From Simkania sp. (lineage in GTDB: Bacteria > Chlamydiota > Chlamydiia > Chlamydiales > Rhabdochlamydiaceae), in contig JAGXTH010000021.1 of the NCBI GenBank assembly GCA_018333475.1, positions 4,723 to 68,722 on the forward strand: 64,000 nucleotides of DNA, in the 5' to 3' direction. The notes under the pieces were generated by a model, which saw only the letters and a program-made list of their open reading frames with translations, did no database searches and was not told the DNA's origin. Positions 1 to 9,832 of this stretch are shown piece by piece (the stretch's first letter is position 1; every line of letters begins with the position of its first letter). The position numbers and the translations under genes are program-made.

Positions 1-42
1 CTACCGCGAACTGTCGCGATTTGTTGCCCTTTTTTGTACGCC

Positions 43-62
43 AGTGGTCCACAAATGGTCCA
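43..62 (+). repeat. 20-nt direct repeat, copy 1 (AGTGGTCCACAAATGGTCCA, two TGGTCCA half-sites); identical copy at 21662-21681
   Basis: Exact 20/20 identity read directly in both places. Flanks are loosely similar too (ttgttg upstream, ggctgat downstream). The second copy sits just upstream of an integrase start. Confidence 0.8.
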
Positions 63-128
63 CAGAATTTGGGTATGTTGAGGGCTGATGAGATGCAGAT
101 GATTTTGAGCACCCCCTATCTTGAAGCA

Positions 129-165
129 AACATAGAAGAAGCGCGCTTCCATGTTCTTCTATGTT
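129..165. repeat. Inverted repeat AACATAGAAGAA / TTCTTCTATGTT with a nested GC palindrome GAAGCGCGCTTC (138-149)
   Basis: The 12-nt arms at 129-140 and 154-165 are exact reverse complements. Function unknown (hairpin or operator upstream of the AAA ATPase gene). Confidence 0.6.
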
Positions 166-363
166 GATTTCTATGTTCAGCCCTGTCTTTGCAAGTCCTT
201 AAATATTATAGTATTGCATACAGAATCGAATATTATGTATGCATATTTAGAATATTTTCTTGTCTGATTTACGAGATTTTTTCTCTTTAGAGATTGAGGT
301 TTTACTGGAAATCTGCTAGAATAAGGTTATATTGAGAGAAAATATCTCATAAAGGAGTTCCTC

Positions 364-1686
364 ATGCTGATTCGATTTTCAGTTGAAAATTGGATGTCCT
401 TCCAAGCCAAAGCTACTTTCTCGTTGATAGCGAGCCGTGAGCGTCAACATGGGGACAGAGTCCCTAAAATAGGCAAGCTCAAGCTCGGAGTTTTGCCTGT
501 TGCGGCTGTATATGGAGGGAATGCATCTGGGAAAACCAATCTTTTTAAAGCTCTACATTTTGCAAAAGGATTGATTGTTAAAGGGACTCAACCCTACAGC
601 CTAATTGCTGTAGATAGCTTTAGACTTGGAAACGCTCAAAAAGTTGAGCAGCCAGCCCAGTTTGAGTTTGAATTGCTCATCGACGAGACGGTTTATGCAT
701 TTAGTTTCTCTGTAAACCGTAAAGCCATTTTAGAAGAAAAATTGGTTCATATTTCTGGTACCAGTGAAAAGACTCTTTATCATCGAGTATCAGGAGAGCC
801 TAATTTTGATTCGTCTTTAAAGGGCAACCAATCACTTCAGTTCGCTTTCAAAGGCACACGTGATAATCAACTCTTTCTCACTAATTCAGTTTCTCAAAAA
901 ATAGATGCCTTCAAGCCAGTGTACGACTGGTTTAAAGATACTTTAGAACTGATCGCACCTGATTCAAGATTTGAGCTTTTTGAGCAGTTTTTGGATGAGG
1001 GACATCCCTTATACGCGACGATGAATAAGATGTTGTCTCAATTAGACACTGGAATATCACATCTTGGCGGTGAAGAGATTCCCTTTGAAAATTTGCCGCT
1101 GCCCGAACCGATAAAGATGAAGTTGAGAGAAGAATTAGCAGAGGATACGACCGTCAGATTATTGCCTGAACCTGGGAATGAACGCTTTGTCGTAACCAGA
1201 AAGAATGGCGAGCTCATCTCAAAAAAGCTAGTTACCTATCATTTAAACGCTGATGGTTCAGAGACAAAGTTCGATATGAGGCAAGAATCGGATGGCTCTC
1301 AACGTGTCATCGACCTTCTTCCTGCTTTTTTAGAACTCTCTGCAGCTCAATCCAAAAAAGTTTATGTCATCGATGAAGTAGACAGGAGTTTACATACCTT
1401 ATTGATCAGACGTCTTCTCGAAGGTTATCTGGCAAAATGTTCTCAGAATAGTCGCTCTCAGTTATTATTTACCACTCACAATGTGTTGTTGATGGATCAA
1501 GATTTGCTCAGGCGAGATGAAATGTGGATTGCGGAACGAAGTTCGGAAGGAGTTTCCAGTTTGCTGTCTTTTAGCGAGTACAAGGATGTGCGCTATGACA
1601 AAGACATTCGAAAAAGCTATCTACAAGGACGCCTAGGAGGCATTCCTCGCATTCTTCTGCAATCCCCAATTGAAGGAAGCGACTAA
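364..1686 (+). CDS. AAA family ATPase (AAA_15/AAA_21-like, AbiLi-like abortive-infection ATPase)
   Basis: Walker A GGNASGKT (about nt 514-537); distal [12 protein letters not shown] (Walker B/D-loop-like) and FTTHN motifs typical of SMC/ABC-like Abi ATPases. Its stop overlaps the start of the RloB-like gene (TAATG at 1684-1688). Confidence 0.75.
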   Translation: MLIRFSVENWMSFQAKATFSLIASRERQHGDRVPKIGKLKLGVLPVAAVYGGNASGKTNLFKALHFAKGLIVKGTQPYSLIAVDSFRLGNAQKVEQPAQFEFELLIDETVYAFSFSVNRKAILEEKLVHISGTSEKTLYHRVSGEPNFDSSLKGNQSLQFAFKGTRDNQLFLTNSVSQKIDAFKPVYDWFKDTLELIAPDSRFELFEQFLDEGHPLYATMNKMLSQLDTGISHLGGEEIPFENLPLPEPIKMKLREELAEDTTVRLLPEPGNERFVVTRKNGELISKKLVTYHLNADGSETKFDMRQESDGSQRVIDLLPAFLELSAAQSKKVYVIDEVDRSLHTLLIRRLLEGYLAKCSQNSRSQLLFTTHNVLLMDQDLLRRDEMWIAERSSEGVSSLLSFSEYKDVRYDKDIRKSYLQGRLGGIPRILLQSPIEGSD

Positions 1687-2282
1687 TGGCTCAAAAACTG
1701 CGTTTTCAAAGACCTTTAGGAGAGCGCCGATACAAGAAGCTATTTGTAGTTTCAGTGGAGGGCTCCAAAACTGAACCCCAATATTTTGCCATTTTTAACC
1801 AGCCGCAATCGATCGTCCTAGTAAAATGCCTCAAAAGGCCATCAACGGAAAGCTCACCGATTCAGGTGCTCAAGAAGATGCAGGGGTATTTGAGGAAGGA
1901 ATCTTTAAGAAAAACGGATGAAGCATGGATTGTGGTGGACAAAGATGATTGGACAGAAGACCAGCTTCAAGAACTCTTGCAGTGGGCAAAGAAAAGTGAA
2001 AACCATGGTTTTGCTCTTAGCAATCCCAACTTCGAATATTGGCTTTTGCTCCATTTTGAAGATGGAAAAGGAATTGCAAATTCTCAAGAATGCCTGACTC
2101 GCCTAAAACGGCATTTGCCTAATTATAAAAAAGATATCGATGGCAAGAAAATTACGCTAGAGCTGATTAAATACGCCATCGCAAGAGCAAAGCAACGAGA
2201 CACCAATCGATCCACTGACCTTCCACAAATATGGAGCACAACTGTCTATAAGCTGGTAGAAAAAATCATGGATCATAAGTGA
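1686..2282 (+). CDS. RloB-like protein (AbiLii-like partner of the AAA ATPase)
   Basis: The N-terminal motif LFVVSVEGSKTEPQYF is the signature I associate with RloB-like (Toprim-related) proteins. Translationally coupled to the upstream ATPase. Confidence 0.7.
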   Translation: MAQKLRFQRPLGERRYKKLFVVSVEGSKTEPQYFAIFNQPQSIVLVKCLKRPSTESSPIQVLKKMQGYLRKESLRKTDEAWIVVDKDDWTEDQLQELLQWAKKSENHGFALSNPNFEYWLLLHFEDGKGIANSQECLTRLKRHLPNYKKDIDGKKITLELIKYAIARAKQRDTNRSTDLPQIWSTTVYKLVEKIMDHK

Positions 2283-2294
2283 GGAGAGGAGCCT

Positions 2295-2627
2295 ATGGAA
2301 ACTAAAGTTAAGAGGGTTGGAGCAGATTTTCGAACAGGAACGATCGCTTATTACGGTCCTGATGATAAGACTGTTACAAAAATTATTGTTGGCATTACTG
2401 TCGGTGCCGGAGAAAACTTCATCGATACAAAAAAGTGGTCTTCTGAGTCGAAGGATATAAAAAACGACAGCCAAATTTTAAGAGAGATTTCTGCCTATCT
2501 AAACCTGAGCAAAGTCGATTCAGTCGCTAGGATAGAAAGGGTCATGGGCTGCCCTCATGAAGCGGGAATTGATTATCCAGAAGGCATGCCATGTCCAGCA
2601 TGTCCGTTTTGGGTAAATGAAGCGTAA
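2295..2627 (+). CDS. Hypothetical protein with C-terminal Cys/His cluster (CPHE...CPACPFW)
   Basis: ORF of 110 aa, co-directional and closely spaced in the same gene string. No family recognised. Confidence 0.45.
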   Translation: METKVKRVGADFRTGTIAYYGPDDKTVTKIIVGITVGAGENFIDTKKWSSESKDIKNDSQILREISAYLNLSKVDSVARIERVMGCPHEAGIDYPEGMPCPACPFWVNEA

Positions 2628-2636
2628 TGAGGCGAT

Positions 2637-3161
2637 ATGAATCTAAAAAAATTCAAAAAGTATCTCGAAGAAAAAGACGACGAATTTTTGAGAGATGAAA
2701 TTTTAACTCTTTATAAGACGTTTGATGTTGTCAGAGAATATTATGATCCTCGAATCGAGCCTCAAAGTATCAACGAGATAGCTCAGAAATATAAAGGAAT
2801 ATTAGAGGAACAATTCTATCCCTCAAGAGGGTTTCCTGAACTCAAATATTCTGTAGCGAGGAAAGCGATCAGCGATTTTAAGAAAATATGCCGTGATCCC
2901 ACAGCCATCATTGATCTGCAGCTAACCTATGTCGAATATGGCGTAAAATGCACTTTGCAATATGGAGATATTGACGAGAGATTTTATTCCAGCATGGAAA
3001 GCATGTTTCGTTCCGGTCTAGAAGACATGGAGGAACATGGCTTGCTTGATATGTTCGAGGAAAGATGCGAAGAAATTCAGGAAAAGACGGCTGATATGGG
3101 ATGGGGTTTTGGGATTGCAGTCACTGATTTATATGAGGAGTATTTCTCTGTAGCAAAATGA
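2637..3161 (+). CDS. Hypothetical protein
   Basis: ORF of 174 aa; its end overlaps the start of the next gene by 4 nt (ATGA), suggesting co-translation. No family recognised. Confidence 0.5.
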   Translation: MNLKKFKKYLEEKDDEFLRDEILTLYKTFDVVREYYDPRIEPQSINEIAQKYKGILEEQFYPSRGFPELKYSVARKAISDFKKICRDPTAIIDLQLTYVEYGVKCTLQYGDIDERFYSSMESMFRSGLEDMEEHGLLDMFEERCEEIQEKTADMGWGFGIAVTDLYEEYFSVAK

Positions 3162-3691
3162 ATAAGTGGTTTATATCCGACACGCATTTCTCTCACACCA
3201 ATATCATTCGCTATACAGGGCGACCCTTCCAGTCCGTCCATGAGATGGACGAACAGCTGATTGCAAACTGGAATGCCCATATTGTTCCTACTGATACAGT
3301 GTTCTTTTTGGGTGATTTCGGTCTAGGCACGACTGATTTTCTTACAGATCTTTGTTCTCGACTTCATGGGAATAAGATTTGCGTTCGAGGTAATCACGAC
3401 GGAACTCCTGCAAAAATGCATAAAATCGGCTTCTCGCTTGTGCTAGAATCTGCCTTCATCAAAGTGGGTCGGCATCAAGTCGAGCTCATCCATATCCCCA
3501 GCCATCCAGCCCCTTCTCATTTTCAACTTCACGGCCATGTCCACGAGAAGCGTCCAAATAAACTGATTGGCAGGCAACTCAATCTTTCCGTTGAGGTCTG
3601 GGATTACAAGCCCGTTCCCGAAAAAACCATCATTGCTTTGCTTGATCGTGCAGATCCGATCCTTGAACCCCAGTCTCTTAATGTGCTCTGA
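3158..3691 (+). CDS. Calcineurin-like metallophosphoesterase
   Basis: Metal-binding motifs in canonical order: SDTHFSH, LGDFG, RGNHDG, HGHVH. Confidence 0.75.
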   Translation: MNKWFISDTHFSHTNIIRYTGRPFQSVHEMDEQLIANWNAHIVPTDTVFFLGDFGLGTTDFLTDLCSRLHGNKICVRGNHDGTPAKMHKIGFSLVLESAFIKVGRHQVELIHIPSHPAPSHFQLHGHVHEKRPNKLIGRQLNLSVEVWDYKPVPEKTIIALLDRADPILEPQSLNVL

Positions 3692-3708
3692 CTGTTCAAT
3701 ATTTTTAG

Positions 3709-3730
3709 CTGTTCAATATATATTGAACAG
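3709..3730. repeat. Perfect 22-bp palindrome CTGTTCAATATATATTGAACAG, with extra TGTTCA/TGAACA copies at 3692-3701 and 3741-3747
   Basis: Read directly. Lies between convergent genes (3158-3691 plus strand, 3793-4578 minus strand). Could be an AT-rich bidirectional terminator or a protein-binding site. Confidence 0.6.
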
Positions 3731-3792
3731 TTGAATTAGATGAACAGACCCTTGTTTAGACATTCGATAGTCAAGGTTTCAGCTCGGAGTTC

Positions 3793-4578
3793 TTAGATAC
3801 TTATCCCTTTGCAAAACCATTCTATTGTTTCTTTACTTTTTATCCCTGCGCCTCCCAAGGGATGGCCATAACTTCTGTATGTTGAAAGGAAGTAGAGATT
3901 AGATATGACCTCTTCGAGGTATTCAATGTAGATTTTTACATCTTTCCACTCTGGTTGATAAGCTGGATTTTTGAGGTCAACATGAGCCGCAACCCGATCT
4001 CTGTAATCATTGATGATTTTTCTTCTCTCAAATAAGTCGTTTCTAATTTCTTCAAAATTTTCGGTACGTGGCTGCCCTTGTTCGTTTAAACCGAATTTGA
4101 AGAACACTTTTGAAAGTTGTTCATGTCGGCTGAGACAAGCTAAATATTCGCTTTTGCGAACTGGATCAGCATTGCCTTGTGCCTCTACGAGTTTCTTTAG
4201 AGGAGTCTTTTTAAAAAGGCATGTGTATTTAGAGCTGATTGAATTAATTAGAGATAGCGTTTTATCTGTGATATCAGAAAGTGAGATGGCAATAAATTTA
4301 CACAAATCTTCAAATAATAAAATGAGAGAAACATTATGGATTGGGATATTTGGTAAGCTCTGCGCGACAGCAACAAGTATCCCGAACTTGTGTTTCAATA
4401 TATCAAATGGATCGAAAATCTCGCTTTTTATTCTATTAGAAAACTCTTCCCGCAATAAATAGTGCACGTCAAGGTTTTCTGTAATAAATTTAACATGTTG
4501 TTCCGTCAGCGGGTGAAGTTCAGCTCCATTGTATAGCCAATCAATCGTTCCGTTAAGAAATGGCGGCAAAGTCTTCAT
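3793..4578 (-). CDS. Hypothetical protein (possible HEPN/Abi-like; weak)
   Basis: 261-aa ORF. The only hint is an R-x5-H motif (RDRVAAH) in an alpha-helical-looking C-terminal half, plus its position among defence-type genes. Confidence 0.45.
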   Translation of the reverse strand: MKTLPPFLNGTIDWLYNGAELHPLTEQHVKFITENLDVHYLLREEFSNRIKSEIFDPFDILKHKFGILVAVAQSLPNIPIHNVSLILLFEDLCKFIAISLSDITDKTLSLINSISSKYTCLFKKTPLKKLVEAQGNADPVRKSEYLACLSRHEQLSKVFFKFGLNEQGQPRTENFEEIRNDLFERRKIINDYRDRVAAHVDLKNPAYQPEWKDVKIYIEYLEEVISNLYFLSTYRSYGHPLGGAGIKSKETIEWFCKGISI

Positions 4579-4715
4579 TCTTTTTCCCTTGCTAAAGAGG
4601 GAAATTCTATAGGGAAAATGAGTTTTTTTCCACTGACGCCATTTTTCGCTCCAACAGTTTGCAATAGAATTCGATCGTTTACAACTAAACTCGTGCTATA
4701 ACAATAGGAGCAAAC

Positions 4716-5852
4716 ATGGAACAGAAAGAAAGCTTGGAAAAGACAGAAAATGATCTCAGAGGAATTATCGTGAGGACTCATAGGCATTGCCAAACCTATC
4801 GAGTGCGTATTCGGATGAAGGGCGATCAGTGCTTTGATAGGTCATTTAGATCGAAGACACTTGCCAAAAAGTGGAAGAGGGATATGGAGTCGGCAATTGA
4901 GCATGATCGGTATGAATTTACGAATCCTGCGACTAAGCACACTCTCGCCGATCTGATAGATCTCTATATCGAAAGAGTACTGCCAGGGAAGCCGCGAAAT
5001 GCCAAAAATGTCCTTCAGCATTTGACATGGTGGAAAGAAGAACTCGGGCATTTGCTGCTATCTCAGGTGCGGCCTAGCATAATCGCTGAGAAACGGGATG
5101 AGCTACTTGCGGGCTTGATCAGAGGAGGAAAGCTGCGCTCTCCTACAACGGTAGTTCGTTATTTGAGCAGCTTGTCACATGTCTTTTCAAAAGCTGTCAA
5201 AGAGTGGGAATGGATGAGAGAGAATCCCGTTTTTAAGATCGAAAAGCCAAAGCAGGCGCAGGGGAGAAAGAGAGTTTTAACTGAAGAAGAGCAGCAAAGG
5301 CTTTTGCAAGCATGCCAGGAGAGTGGATCGAAAGACTTGTTTTTGATCGTCGCTCTTGCACTAGGAACAGGTATGCGTAAAGGCGAAATCATGGGATTGA
5401 GATGGAGAAATATTCATTTGAAAGAGTCCGTGGGAACGATTGTTCTTGAAAGAACGAAGAATGGTCGCTCAAGGTCAGTTTTGATTACTGGCTTGTTGCT
5501 AGCGCTTTTACAGCAGCGACATAAACAGCAGAAGGAAGATAGCTTGGTCTTTCCGTCTCCTAATCATCCTCACCAGCCTGTTGATATTCGATCTGCTTGG
5601 GAAAGAGTTTTGCAAAAATCTGGGATAGAAGGATTTGTTTTTCATGGATTGCGTCATCAGGCGGCTTCTCAAGCAGCAACAATTGAAAACAGCCCATTGG
5701 TAATCGGAGAGTTGCTCGGTCATCAGACGCTTCAGATGACCAGGCATTACGTGCATCTACCAAGCGCTCATATGCACACGATGGTTGAAGCGCTTCAATC
5801 GAAAATCTTTCACAATTACCAGGAGAGCAGCCATGCACAACTTAGAAAATAA
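4716..5852 (+). CDS. Tyrosine recombinase / phage-type integrase (paralog A)
   Basis: C-terminal catalytic signature GMRKGE...HGLRHQAAS...LGHQTLQMTRHYVHL. Clearly paralogous to the integrase at 20538-21623 along its whole length. Confidence 0.9.
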   Translation: MEQKESLEKTENDLRGIIVRTHRHCQTYRVRIRMKGDQCFDRSFRSKTLAKKWKRDMESAIEHDRYEFTNPATKHTLADLIDLYIERVLPGKPRNAKNVLQHLTWWKEELGHLLLSQVRPSIIAEKRDELLAGLIRGGKLRSPTTVVRYLSSLSHVFSKAVKEWEWMRENPVFKIEKPKQAQGRKRVLTEEEQQRLLQACQESGSKDLFLIVALALGTGMRKGEIMGLRWRNIHLKESVGTIVLERTKNGRSRSVLITGLLLALLQQRHKQQKEDSLVFPSPNHPHQPVDIRSAWERVLQKSGIEGFVFHGLRHQAASQAATIENSPLVIGELLGHQTLQMTRHYVHLPSAHMHTMVEALQSKIFHNYQESSHAQLRK

Positions 5853-6555
5853 GCCACAGGCCTCATTGTGGAGGCCAGAGCTACTCAGTGATGAGGAGAT
5901 GCACGAATGCTTGAAGGAAACGTGCTGGACTGCCAGAAGAGCCGCTTATTATGTTCTAGGGTTGAAAATCCCTGATCTCAGTAGTCTTGAGAAAGAGAAA
6001 ATGCTTTGCCCTGATTTTGAAAAGTACTACGAGCTTTTCGAAAGCTGTTTTGAAGAGGGAAGAATTGCGATCCACTCCTTCTGCTCAGAATATGGCAAGA
6101 ATGTTCGGGCTGCCTTGCCTGTCGATTGGCTGAAACTGGTCCATAAGGGACGGCTAAAAGACGATGCGATCGAAGACAAGGAAGTGAAGCGAGAAGGCTT
6201 GTACGTAGCTCCCTTGCTGACAGAGGCTTGGCTTCTTTTGCAAGGAAAGGCTGTTTTTGCTAGAAGACGACCTGCTCAAGAAAGGGACGATAAGCTTTTT
6301 GCTTGGAGTGCTGCCAAAAAATTGCGCAAAGATTTTCCTCAGCTGTCCAACCGCCAAATGGCACAGATTATCTACAAGCATTGCTCGAAGGTGCGGAAAT
6401 ATCCTTTCAAGACTGTTTACGGCTGGGTCATCGATTCAGCCATCCCCATAAATGAAGAGCCTTTGCAAACTAGACGGGATAGAAACGGCCGACCTAAAAA
6501 AGACAGCTATCAGAAGCTCTCTGTCGATTTCTCCACCTATTTCAATAATTTGTAA
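5785..6555 (+). CDS. Hypothetical protein (island-borne); true start probably the ATG at 5833 or 5899
   Basis: Long ORF directly following the integrase. The 5' end as listed overlaps the integrase by 68 nt, so an internal Met is more likely. No family recognised. Confidence 0.4.
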   Translation: MKRFNRKSFTITRRAAMHNLENKPQASLWRPELLSDEEMHECLKETCWTARRAAYYVLGLKIPDLSSLEKEKMLCPDFEKYYELFESCFEEGRIAIHSFCSEYGKNVRAALPVDWLKLVHKGRLKDDAIEDKEVKREGLYVAPLLTEAWLLLQGKAVFARRRPAQERDDKLFAWSAAKKLRKDFPQLSNRQMAQIIYKHCSKVRKYPFKTVYGWVIDSAIPINEEPLQTRRDRNGRPKKDSYQKLSVDFSTYFNNL

Positions 6556-6670
6556 CTCGCTGCTATTCAACGCATTTTACGGTTTTTCCACCGGCGCCAT
6601 TTTTTGATGGCGATAGGTTGCCATAAAATGCGGTTATTAAATTCAAACTGCAATAGCAGAGGAGTATGAA

Positions 6671-6964
6671 ATGAAAAGCAATAAACCAAAAAATAATGAT
6701 GGGATGGCCGAAGAGTCAAGGCAGACACGGTTAATCCCTGTGTCTAAATGGAATGAGTTTCATGAGTGGCCTCCAGTCGGTGGAATGCGTCACTTGATCT
6801 TTTTTCGAAACGAAAATGGATTTGCTAAGGTGTTAAAGCGCCCTAATCGCACCTGGCTCATCGATGAGAAAGCTTTTTTCAAATGGGTGTCTGAGAAAAA
6901 GTATAGACCCCGCAAAAAGGAGCCCGAAGTCCAGGAAAACGCTAACATCGTAGTCCAGCCATGA
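6671..6964 (+). CDS. Small hypothetical protein (possible excisionase-like DNA-binding protein; weak)
   Basis: 97 aa, basic, downstream of the integrase. Its stop overlaps the next start (ATGA at 6961-6964). The excisionase idea rests only on size, position and charge. Confidence 0.4.
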   Translation: MKSNKPKNNDGMAEESRQTRLIPVSKWNEFHEWPPVGGMRHLIFFRNENGFAKVLKRPNRTWLIDEKAFFKWVSEKKYRPRKKEPEVQENANIVVQP

Positions 6965-7986
6965 AAACGTCCGAAGGATTTGTAAAGCTCTATCGAGAAG
7001 CATTTGATTTGCTTAAAGATAGTCGTCCAGCTTTTTTGCTGCTTCTTTTGATCGGTTTTCGTGCCAAGCGAATAGATCCGACCTATTCCGTCCATAAGCT
7101 CAAAGTTAACGAAGCTTTCCTTGGAGATTATGGGATCATTGGTTTGACTAGGTCTGAATATAGAACTGCTATAGAGAAACTTGAGAAAGATGGACTTGTG
7201 AAATTTCAAGCAACCCCTAAAGGAACGATCGCAACTCTTATCAATACGGCTCTCTTGGATATCAATGCGGAGTCAGATGATAGAGCACCATTAAATAGCC
7301 ATCTACTCGCCATCGAACAACCAACGTTTGACCAGGAAATCGCCACCTTATCGCCATCAGAAAAGCCATCAAAACTGTCTATAGAAAGTCAAGACCAGCC
7401 GCCATCAGAAAAACCAACGGATCGCCATCAAATCGCCTTCAGACCGCCAAGTGATAGCCAACTCATCGCCAACAAACCGCCACTAACAAAGAAAGAAGAA
7501 AAAGAAGAAGAAAAAAGAGCTGCAGCAGCTTCTTCACGCACTGTTTACAAATGCTTGGATGGATTAGATTTCAGCGATCAAGAGAAGCTCTCCTTGATGT
7601 GCTACAGCGAACATCGCGTGGCTCATGCTGCGGAATTTGTGAGAAGAAAGCAAAATGTCGACAGTCCCATCGGGTTGATGATGTGGGTTTGCCAACAGCC
7701 TAGCCTTCCTGAGCTTCCCCGAGAAAGTCGAAAAAATGTAACCCCTCAGCAAAAGCTTGCCTGGGAGTATAACCAATTTCTCATCAATAACGGTTATGCA
7801 GCTCAAGCCAAGCAGAACGAGGAAAAAATTCCCAATGACAGAATGGTGATTTTAGAACATGGACAACCCATGCCAATTACGCTAAACAACCCCCTTCAAA
7901 TCCTTCAGGAAGATTTCCGAAAATCGAAAGAAGAGATTCTGAAAAGCCAGAGGATAGTTCGAGGTCTGAAAGGTGATAAATTATAA
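6961..7986 (+). CDS. Hypothetical protein with low-complexity PSEKP/KEEKEEE linker (possible island replication or regulatory protein)
   Basis: 341-aa ORF coupled to the upstream small gene. No catalytic motif recognised. Confidence 0.45.
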   Translation: MKTSEGFVKLYREAFDLLKDSRPAFLLLLLIGFRAKRIDPTYSVHKLKVNEAFLGDYGIIGLTRSEYRTAIEKLEKDGLVKFQATPKGTIATLINTALLDINAESDDRAPLNSHLLAIEQPTFDQEIATLSPSEKPSKLSIESQDQPPSEKPTDRHQIAFRPPSDSQLIANKPPLTKKEEKEEEKRAAAASSRTVYKCLDGLDFSDQEKLSLMCYSEHRVAHAAEFVRRKQNVDSPIGLMMWVCQQPSLPELPRESRKNVTPQQKLAWEYNQFLINNGYAAQAKQNEEKIPNDRMVILEHGQPMPITLNNPLQILQEDFRKSKEEILKSQRIVRGLKGDKL

Positions 7987-8204
7987 GCTATCTGACAAGG
8001 AAAATGGGGGAGACTTTGGGGAGGGTTTTGCGGAGCTAATAAAAAGAAGGACTTTGTCTGAAAAACCCATACCAGTTTGAATCAAAGCAACAGAAGAAAA
8101 ACGACTGTAAATCAGCTGGTTTGTCTTGGTTAACAGAAGACTCATTGAAGGAAGAAACAACGCAAAATCCGATCATCTGAAATGCCCGACACAGAAGAAG
8201 GAAG

Positions 8205-9692
8205 TTATTTGCAAATTGTCTTTTGTACTTCCTGATTCATCCATAAATGCAGGTGTTCTGTAGCTCTTACGTCATCTTCATTGTAATCAATGATGCCTTG
8301 CAAAGTTTGCCGATCCTTAGTCTCTAGCCACTGCTCGTACCAAAAAATACTCTGTCCTCCGCCAGCTTTGGCATGGCGCCACTTGAAATTCACGAAAGAC
8401 GATTTTGCAATGTCTTTGATCGAATAGAAATACAGAGGGAAAATCACCGATTTATCCACGCTTTTCTTCAAGTCAATCAGAAGCTCTTGGAAGCGATGTA
8501 ACTCATCTGAATCTTTGTATTTTTCAGAGAGTTTTTTTAAAGCCGTTTTCTCATAGTGCGCATAGTGATAGACCTTGTACTCTTGGGGTAGATAACGTAG
8601 CCAGCTAAGAAAATCAACCCACATAGCCTGTTCTAGTTCGGGTGTCTCAGCTAGAAAATAGAGGAAGTACTTCCCAGGATCTTCTTCCGACCAAACAACG
8701 TTTCCGATTCTCGCATATTTTCCTTCAGCATCTCCCACGACCCAAAATCCAAAGAGATATTCTGCTCCAAGCCATGGGTCTCCTTCGATATCGAAATAGA
8801 GTTTGAGGTTGGTTTCCTCGATTAACTCAGGATCAGCAATGAAAATAGGTCTTTTTTCTACTAAGGATTGGGCCTGAATTTTAGCTTTATGGAGGGTGTC
8901 TACAGAGGCGCCGGGGATCTTTGGAAGAGCATCGATGTCCTGGGCTGCCAGTTTTTCGATCGTGTTGATGCCTAACTTTCTCAGACCTTCTGCTGTATCT
9001 TTTCGGAGCTTATAAATTAGAGAAATGTCTTGCAGCTCTTCTGCCTCTCGCAAGCATTCTTTGTACCAAGGGGTCTCTTTTGTAGCGCTCGAGATATGGA
9101 CCGGGTGCCTTTTTCCCTTAAAAATCGCTAAAATCTCATCTATATCTGCCTGGGTCTGCAATAAGATTTTTTCCTCTAAATTGATATCCAATTTTTCAAA
9201 ATTCCTATTTACGATAGAGGCGACATCAGGCGAGTACCCTTGAGAGGCTGAAAGCATCATAGAGTAAAATGCCAGCTGCTGTTTATGAAGGGTTTTTGGT
9301 TCAGAAGATGATTTAACATCGATAGGGACGTAGATCCAGTCTCCAAAGTGAGATATTCCAGGCCGTTTTTCTAAGAGGTCTGGCCTTCCTCGGTAAATCA
9401 CGTTATCAATTCTTTTTTCTAACCACCCTTGATAGATAAGGAATTTCCCTTCTTTCATGAGGCGCAACGTTTCCTCAACGCCCTTTTCAGGATCCATTTC
9501 TGTTACTTCTGTGACTGCCAAAGTTGCCACATATTCTTTTTCATGGATGTTGCCGTCCTCCATAATTTTCAATGTAAATTCTGAAAGCGGCTCTTTTTTA
9601 GTTATGTCTCCAAAGGTATCATGCCATATCCATAAGGGATTTTTATCCAACTTAAAAAAGTGAGATGGAGTGATAATGAATTCTTTATTCAT
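8205..9692 (-). CDS. TM0106-family RecB-like nuclease (PD-(D/E)xK N-domain plus RNase H-fold exonuclease-like C-domain)
   Basis: GRPDLL...VPIDVKSS and QQLAFY motifs (PD-(D/E)xK, QxxxY). The C-terminal LYFDIEGDPW motif is typical of the RNase_H_2 domain in TM0106-type proteins. Confidence 0.7.
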   Translation of the reverse strand: MNKEFIITPSHFFKLDKNPLWIWHDTFGDITKKEPLSEFTLKIMEDGNIHEKEYVATLAVTEVTEMDPEKGVEETLRLMKEGKFLIYQGWLEKRIDNVIYRGRPDLLEKRPGISHFGDWIYVPIDVKSSSEPKTLHKQQLAFYSMMLSASQGYSPDVASIVNRNFEKLDINLEEKILLQTQADIDEILAIFKGKRHPVHISSATKETPWYKECLREAEELQDISLIYKLRKDTAEGLRKLGINTIEKLAAQDIDALPKIPGASVDTLHKAKIQAQSLVEKRPIFIADPELIEETNLKLYFDIEGDPWLGAEYLFGFWVVGDAEGKYARIGNVVWSEEDPGKYFLYFLAETPELEQAMWVDFLSWLRYLPQEYKVYHYAHYEKTALKKLSEKYKDSDELHRFQELLIDLKKSVDKSVIFPLYFYSIKDIAKSSFVNFKWRHAKAGGGQSIFWYEQWLETKDRQTLQGIIDYNEDDVRATEHLHLWMNQEVQKTICK

Positions 9693-9832
9693 TAAAGACC
9701 TTTAAAAACAAAGTTGATAATAAACTAAATATAACGCGTTAAATCTGGAATATTATTGAATAAGCGTGTATATTTATGGAATTAAAAAAAGAAAATTAAG
9801 AAAACTATTTAATTAATTTATTTCACTGGAAA

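Noticed and set aside
1-12. The 9-nt string TACCGCGAA shared by positions 2-10, about 20267 and about 39022 as island borders
   Set aside because: It is too short to be meaningful in 64 kb, since chance matches of 9-11 nt are expected. No extended flanking similarity was found.
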